NCBI GenBank assembly: GCA_965204745.1
Contig: OZ242010.1
Span: forward strand, 1,024,001 to 1,088,000
Length of the DNA stretch: 64,000 nucleotides
Direction of reading: 5' to 3'
DNA from: Candidatus Latescibacterota bacterium
GTDB taxonomy: Bacteria > Latescibacterota > UBA2968
Part shown: piece by piece, positions 59,201 through 64,000 of the stretch
How the letters are laid out: each line of letters begins with the position of its first letter
Position numbering within the stretch: the stretch's first letter is position 1
Notes under the pieces: generated by a model
Databases searched by the model: none
What the model saw: the letters and a program-made list of their open reading frames with translations, nothing else
Told to the model about the DNA's origin: nothing
Made by a program: the position numbers and the translations under genes

Positions 59201-60747
59201 ACGGTGCCACCAGTAGCGATCCTTACTTCAACTGGAACGTCAACCTCGACGGACAACCCGGCAACGACGATCCGTGGACCTTCGGCGCGATGGATCAGTA
59301 TCCGGTCTTGAAGTATGCCGGCTTTGACACCACCGCGCAATTTAAGCTCCAACCCGCGGTAGTGACGTTGGCACTGACACCCTCGTCGATCTCGGAAAAT
59401 GGCGGGATGAGCACCGTGACCGCGACGCTGGCACACCCATTGAGCGCGGCGACGACAATCACGGTGCGTCCTGTGGCGGGTGCTTACACGGTGGCGGCGG
59501 ATTCGACGATCACCATCGCGGCCGGGAGCACGGCGAACGCGTCGGACACGGTGGTCATCACAGCGGTGGACAATACCCAAGACGCGCCTAATCGCGACGT
59601 GGACATGTCCGTTGTGGCAGACAACGCCCAGGGCAGTGTGGTCCGCCCGACCGAGATAACGATCACAGATGATGACGCGCCGCCGAGGCTCTCGATTAGT
59701 TCGCCGAGTGCGGTTGAGGGCACTGCCCTGACGTTCACCGTTAGATTGAATGCGGTGAGCGGCAAGGAGGTGACGGTGGCGTATGCAGACGCGGGCACAG
59801 GTAGCGCGACTTCGGGGACGGACTACACCGCGCTTACCGCAGGGACCCTGACCTTCGCGGCGGGCACGACCACGACCAGCCAGACTATCGCTGTTTCTGT
59901 GACCGGCGACTCGGATGATGAGCCGAACGAGACCGTGATCGTGACTTTGAGCAACGCGGTCAATGCCACCTTTGATGGCGGGGCGACGAGCCTCACCGGC
60001 ACCGGTACGATTATCGATGACGATGGCATGCCTGCGCTGAGTATCGGTTCGCCAAGCGTGATTGAAGGCGCGACCGGCGCGACCCTAACCTTTCGGGTGT
60101 ACCTACGCCCGATGCACACGGCACCAGTGACGGTGGCGTATGCAGACGCGGGCACGGGCACCGCGACTTCGGGGACCGATTACACCGCGCTCACCGCAGG
60201 GACCCTGACCTTCGCGATGGGCGATACCATCCAGACCATCCCTGTTTCTGTGACCGACGACTCGAATGATGAGCAGAACGAGACCGTGATCGTCGAGTTG
60301 AGCAGTGCGACCAATGCGACCATAAGCACGGCGCAAGGCACAGGGACGATTATCGATGACGAAACCCCGAGTGCCAACTTGGATGTGGATGGCGATGGCC
60401 GGGTGAGATTGTTCTCGGATATAATCCTGGTCATTCGATACGTCCTCTTCTTCCGGGAAGAGGCCCTCCTCAGAGGGAACGTCATCGAGCCAACTGCCAC
60501 GCGCAAGACCGCTCAAGAAATTGAACCCTACCTCGACACGTTGGTCAATCAGAACATTCTCGATGTGGATGGCGATGGCGATGTGAGGCTGTTCTCGGAT
60601 ATAATCCTGATCATTCGATATGTCCTCTTCTTCCGGAACGAGGCCCTCGTCAGAGGGAACGTCATCGAGCAAAATGCTACGCGCACGACCGCTCAAGCCA
60701 TTGAACCCTACATCCGAAGCCTCTATCCCGCCTCCCACTTCCAATGA
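56242..60747 (+). CDS. Large secreted modular surface protein B: signal peptide, 3 GLUG-like modules, 1 Ig/cadherin-like repeat, 2 Calx-beta, 2 dockerin-like repeats
   Basis: Paralog of 42630-46082; GAGGAG RBS before ATG 56242. Confidence 0.85.
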   Translation: MTPRYTHLLALVALGMLMASGPAFAQTDYDTDNDNLIDITSLLQLNAIRYDLNGDGAVANTDTMNYNAAFPNAMASMGCAATCTGYELMSNLDFDTNGDDTITVADDYPNWDPIVDPGNDNSGYTAIFEGNGHTISRLTITDRNSRDVGLFDELEPTGIIRNVGIIDANIRSGGALDGYAPLVGYNARGTIIASYARGGSVTATMQSSSIGGLTGRNSGSIIASYSTVTVIGGNHTRVNAGGLTGTLETFLSNIGRITASYATGAVSATGNNATRGGLVGNSPSSASVIASSYCTSGSCIGSNVGGSLDATTQTATALQTPTAYTGIYANWNIDLNDDRVPDNPWNFGTASQHPTLNTPSQRVADHDSDNDGLIDVTSLLQLNAIRYDLNGDGLPTGTNADTIAYASAFPGGDITASSGRMGCPSAGCNGYELLNNLDFDENNDGAITSADATYWNSGAGWLPIGTNANRYAGNFKGNGYTINNLFINRGSTHLNALFSAITGRVETLGVTNATVTGNQYTGILVAVNAGTIVACYTSGAVSGSAAFSGGLIAYLDGTLTTSYSTASVSGANRVGGLVGAINSGSLANSYSTGNVSATFSGVGGLLGHLIAGTVSNNFWDTSTSNQATSVGGSGVVGKTTSDLQSPTTYGATTSDTYYGWNANLDGQAGNDDPWTFGTAYQYPVLKYDGMDTAVQFAAQPVRYDTDSDGLIEVSSLAQLNAMRWDLNGDGAIDASASTSDTTAYNTAFPRRDSRSGSRMGCPSACTGYELLNDLDFDENNDGAITSADATYWNSGNGWQPIGTQSSAYATTFKGNGHIINNLFISRGSISYVGLFGNNGTGGRIETLGVTNAKVTGSHGSGILAGGNEGGTVVVCFSTGSVSGNQYTGGLVGYSTTGTISTSYSTASVSGSSSVGGLVGYHAGSVTDTYSIGRVSGSGANVSGLVGSKLNAASTSRSFWDTQTSNRSNSNGGGTGKTTSELQSQTTYGATSSDPYFNWNVNLDGQPGNDDPWTFGAMDQYPVLKYAGFDTTAQFKLQPAVVTLALTPSSISENGGMSTVTATLAHPLSAATTITVRPVAGAYTVAADSTITIAAGSTANASDTVVITAVDNTQDAPNRDVDMSVVADNAQGSVVRPTEITITDDDAPPRLSISSPSAVEGTALTFTVRLNAVSGKEVTVAYADAGTGSATSGTDYTALTAGTLTFAAGTTTTSQTIAVSVTGDSDDEPNETVIVTLSNAVNATFDGGATSLTGTGTIIDDDGMPALSIGSPSVIEGATGATLTFRVYLRPMHTAPVTVAYADAGTGTATSGTDYTALTAGTLTFAMGDTIQTIPVSVTDDSNDEQNETVIVELSSATNATISTAQGTGTIIDDETPSANLDVDGDGRVRLFSDIILVIRYVLFFREEALLRGNVIEPTATRKTAQEIEPYLDTLVNQNILDVDGDGDVRLFSDIILIIRYVLFFRNEALVRGNVIEQNATRTTAQAIEPYIRSLYPASHFQ

Positions 60748-60938
60748 AAGCCTGTTCCCTGACCGCCACAGATGAAGATGGCGATGGCGATGTGAATTTC
60801 GCCGACTTCTTGACCTTTGCGGATAAGTTTGGATCGCGGCTCGGTCAGGAGCGATATGACCCCCGATGCGATGGCGATGGTCAAATTGACTCTGCCGATT
60901 TCTTCATCTTCGCCGATAACTTTGGTTCGACAGGCTGA
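60744..60938 (+). CDS. Stand-alone EF-hand/dockerin-like module (copy B)
   Basis: Near-identical to 42439-42633, same ATGA overlap. Confidence 0.55.
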   Translation: MKACSLTATDEDGDGDVNFADFLTFADKFGSRLGQERYDPRCDGDGQIDSADFFIFADNFGSTG

Positions 60939-60961
60939 CAAATGCGAAAGACGTGAAAGGG

Positions 60962-61005
60962 AAAAGTAAAGCCCGGGTTCCCAGTGAACTCGGGCTTTAC
61001 TTTTT
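60962..61005. terminator. Intrinsic terminator of locus B
   Basis: AAAAGTAAAGCCCGGGTTC...GAACTCGGGCTTTACTTTTT hairpin. Confidence 0.85.
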
Positions 61006-61609
61006 GGGACCTACCCCCTGGCCCCCGTTACTCGCTACGCTCCGTTGTAGGCTACGCCTGTGCCTGCGAGGAAGGGGGGAACGGTGAGCGGTTTTGCGAG
61101 GGGAATGGCGATGGGTCTTGCGAGGGATTTGCGCGGGGGGAGAGTTGGATTTCTATGGCGTGATCCATTCGCCCAAAGCCATCAGAATAGCCAGGGATGC
61201 AACCCTTCAAGAAAGCCATGCGCTCCCCCTTTCCTTGTAGGAAAGGGGGCCGGGGGGATAGGGCTATGGCGGTAGGGCGGAGGGAGTAATCCGCGTAATC
61301 CCCTAATCCGTTTAATCCGCGATTCAGACACGGATGGGCAGATGGACAGGGTTGCGGACTAACCGCTGAGAACTTATTATATACAAGGACAGACACAGGG
61401 GCCTGTCCCTACGGGTGATGGTGATAGGGCGGGGGATGCGAAAGACACTGCGGAGTGGGAACGATGAAGCGGTGGTGGGGATGTGTGGGGTAATCCGCGT
61501 AATCCCCTAATCCGTTTAATCCGCGATTCAGACACGGATGGGCGGAGCGGCCGGGCACGCACGGGTTATCCGTATTTCGTATTATTCACCCCACGCGAAA
61601 GGTCGTGCG

Positions 61610-63064
61610 GTGTTGCCAAAGCAATTTTACATCGCAATTTTGATCTTGCTGATCCCGATTCCAGCACTGGCTTATGACCGCGGCGATTGGGAGAGTTTTC
61701 CCAGTATGAATTACGTCACGTCCATTGCCGAAAGTCCGACGGTTATTTTTTTGGGGACTACCGGGGGCATTCGTCGGTATGATCGATTTTCCAGAACTTG
61801 GATGGCGCCGATTACGACGCTCGATGGTCTTCCCGACAACCGGGTGCAACGCGTTATTTTCGATGGGGACACGGGCGATTTGTGGTTTGAAACGCCGTCG
61901 GGTGCGGGCCGATGGCTCACGGGGGTGCAAAGTGTGATGCGAGGTGGCAACCCGCCTGGTCGTCTCAATAGGCCGCGGGCGGTTGTCAATATTCCACCTG
62001 TTTTTCCGCCTTTTGGGTACTATCTCGACGACCGCCAGGTTTTGGGGCCTCGGCGCAATTACGCCATTACCGACGTGCTGATCGATTCTTGGCAACACCT
62101 GTGGATCGCCACATGGGGCCTGGGCGTGGGCCAGGCCGAACTCCTGAATGGTCAACTTTCGTTTCTCACATTTGGGCCGTTGGAGGAAAATGTCACGGCG
62201 ATAGTGCGCGATGGCGATGCGATATGGCTCGGAGGGGCAGACACGTATCGCGCACCTGCACGCGGGATCACGCGGTACTGGCCGGGCACGAATACGTGGG
62301 AATATTTTGAAGCCAATCGCATCATCGGCCTCGACGATCCACAAGTCGTCACCATCTTGCCCGGCAACGACAAGGTGTGGTTTGGCACGCACAATGGCTT
62401 GATGCGGTATGACAAGCGCGCCGATCAGTGGTTCACGTACCGCGAGACCCGGCGGTGGGGACGTGTGCAGGCACTGGCGCGGGACAGCAATACCCTTTGG
62501 ATCGGGTCGGAACGCGGTTTGGCAATGCTGGACATCAAAGCCGATTCGCTCGACCGCGTGTCCGGAAGCGAATACGCGAGTATCCACGCTTTGGTCGCGG
62601 GGCCGAATTATATATGGGCCGGCACGCACGCCGGGCTTTTTCAATGTGCGCGAGGGGATCGCACTTGGCGGCCCGTGCGCGATGCGAATAATATTGCCAA
62701 ACGCAGGGTGCGCTCGCTAGCGGTGCATGACGATGATCTGTGGATCGCCACAGCAGCTCCGCCCGCTGTGGTGCGCTATGGCCCGACGGATGACACCTGG
62801 CGCGAGTATCGCCTCGCGGAAATCGGATGGCGAGAAGACCGCGTCTCTATCGCGGCTGATGACGAGTGGGTGTGGGTTGGGACGAGTGCAGGGGCTTTTC
62901 TCCTCGATGTGCCGCGCCACCTTTGGACGCATTACACGATGTTCGACGGGCTTATTCACACGCGGGTGCAGGCGGTTCTCCGCGATGGCGAATACGTCTG
63001 GTTTGGCACGGCGGAGGGATTGAGCCGGTTTCACTGGGCGCGTATCTCGTTTGACGGCCGTTGA
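61610..63064 (+). CDS. Exported beta-propeller protein (two-component-regulator propeller-like repeats)
   Basis: Signal peptide; repeated (V/L/I)W(F/I)GT..GL blades; start uncertain. Confidence 0.7.
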   Translation: MLPKQFYIAILILLIPIPALAYDRGDWESFPSMNYVTSIAESPTVIFLGTTGGIRRYDRFSRTWMAPITTLDGLPDNRVQRVIFDGDTGDLWFETPSGAGRWLTGVQSVMRGGNPPGRLNRPRAVVNIPPVFPPFGYYLDDRQVLGPRRNYAITDVLIDSWQHLWIATWGLGVGQAELLNGQLSFLTFGPLEENVTAIVRDGDAIWLGGADTYRAPARGITRYWPGTNTWEYFEANRIIGLDDPQVVTILPGNDKVWFGTHNGLMRYDKRADQWFTYRETRRWGRVQALARDSNTLWIGSERGLAMLDIKADSLDRVSGSEYASIHALVAGPNYIWAGTHAGLFQCARGDRTWRPVRDANNIAKRRVRSLAVHDDDLWIATAAPPAVVRYGPTDDTWREYRLAEIGWREDRVSIAADDEWVWVGTSAGAFLLDVPRHLWTHYTMFDGLIHTRVQAVLRDGEYVWFGTAEGLSRFHWARISFDGR

Positions 63065-63363
63065 AAGGTAGCTTTGAGGGGTTCTTTATTAGTTTCGCAA
63101 CTCTATTACAACACAGAATATTAGAACTACTTTATACCCAAAAAAAGTGCGTGACATAGGACTTCAAATTTGTTACTTTTGGGTTTCACGGCATCCAACA
63201 AACAACACCTTGGCATTGGAAAATTGCATGGGCTTTCCATCGGTTCAAACCATGATTTTCGTTTCCCCTGCTAACAACACTCCCCGTTGAATTGTCCGGC
63301 GGCTGTTCCACGCGCATACCTGGCGTTTGGGTAGCCGCTTTTCTCTTTTTGGAATGAGCGACT

Positions 63364-63807
63364 ATGAAACCCGCCCTTGGCCTCATTGAAATGTTGGGTT
63401 TTGTCGGCGTTGCCGAAGCAGCAGATGCAGCGACCAAAGCCGCGGCGATTGAGTTGTCCGCAGTTGAAAAAATAGAAGGCGGTATGATTTCCATTCGCTT
63501 TTTGGGCGATGTCGGCGCGGTGCAGGCCGCGGTTGAAGCGGGGGTGCAGGCCGCGCAACAGGTGGGCACGTTGGTGGCCCATCGCGTTATCCCCAACCCA
63601 CACGAAGACCTCGTGCGCGTTTTTGGGCTGGCGGAAGAAACAGACGAGGAAGAAGAGGATCTCGAAAGTCTATCCGTGCATCGCCTGCGCCAACGCGCTC
63701 GAGAGACCCCGGGCGTCACCATTCAAGGCCGTGAAATTTCACGCGCAAATCGGGCACAACTGCTGTCCGAACTCCGCCGGGCAAAAAGCAATCAAACGGA
63801 CATTTAA
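63364..63807 (+). CDS. BMC (microcompartment shell) domain protein with C-terminal extension
   Basis: ALGLIE, AADAATKAA, GDVGAVQAAVEAG, HRVIPNPH. Confidence 0.9.
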   Translation: MKPALGLIEMLGFVGVAEAADAATKAAAIELSAVEKIEGGMISIRFLGDVGAVQAAVEAGVQAAQQVGTLVAHRVIPNPHEDLVRVFGLAEETDEEEEDLESLSVHRLRQRARETPGVTIQGREISRANRAQLLSELRRAKSNQTDI

Positions 63808-63822
63808 CTCGGAGCTACCGAC

Positions 63823-64000
63823 ATGAACACGGACTCACTTTGGACAAAAATCAAACAAGGTCTGCGCGATAGCGCGACCACCGCAGCGGAAAGAGCCGAA
63901 TACCTGGGCAAGCTGGGGCGGGCACGCCTCGACATGGCGCGCACGCGCCACGCCATTCACGATGCGTTCACCGACCTCGGCGGGCATGTGTACGACCAGC
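63823..64000 (+). CDS. Hypothetical helical protein, 3' truncated by window edge
   Basis: GGAG RBS; MNTDSLWTKIKQGLRD... open to the end. Confidence 0.6.
   Translation, partial: MNTDSLWTKIKQGLRDSATTAAERAEYLGKLGRARLDMARTRHAIHDAFTDLGGHVYDQ

Noticed and set aside
56242-59340. Diversity-generating retroelement acting on the GLUG modules
   Set aside because: No reverse transcriptase or non-coding template repeat, and the differences are not adenine-restricted as far as can be read by eye.

Overview
GC-rich bacterial window, mostly chromosomal housekeeping and catabolic genes. These include two sulfatases, two enolase-superfamily dehydratases, a PhyH dioxygenase, SDR/AKR enzymes, glmS, rmlA, an ntrY/ntrX-like pair, UvrD- and AddB-like proteins and a BMC shell protein. 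The gene mix resembles Latescibacterota/Gemmatimonadota-like sponge symbionts, but that is inference only. Accessory content: an SfiI-like restriction-modification pair, an ABC-ATPase plus TOPRIM-like pair, an intact IS982-family element, IS903-like and tnpB remnants, and intergenic DNA built from a shared set of heptamer arrays, REPs and MITEs. Four signals stand out. (1) A tandem-domain sulfurtransferase has an in-frame TGA exactly at its catalytic Cys (probable selenoprotein, cut short in the ORF track). (2) Two divergent paralogous giant modular surface-protein genes share promoter, leader ORF, C-terminus and terminator, differ in module copy number, flank about 9 kb as an inverted repeat, and one carries a C20 tract ahead of its start. 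(3) A TMTC-like gene and two PIG-B-like (GT-C) mannosyltransferase genes form a cluster 4 kb from one of those Thr-rich proteins. (4) IS ends are repeatedly embedded in (ACAACTG)n arrays. No rRNA, tRNA or CRISPR array was seen. All family calls come from motif recognition, not database searches.
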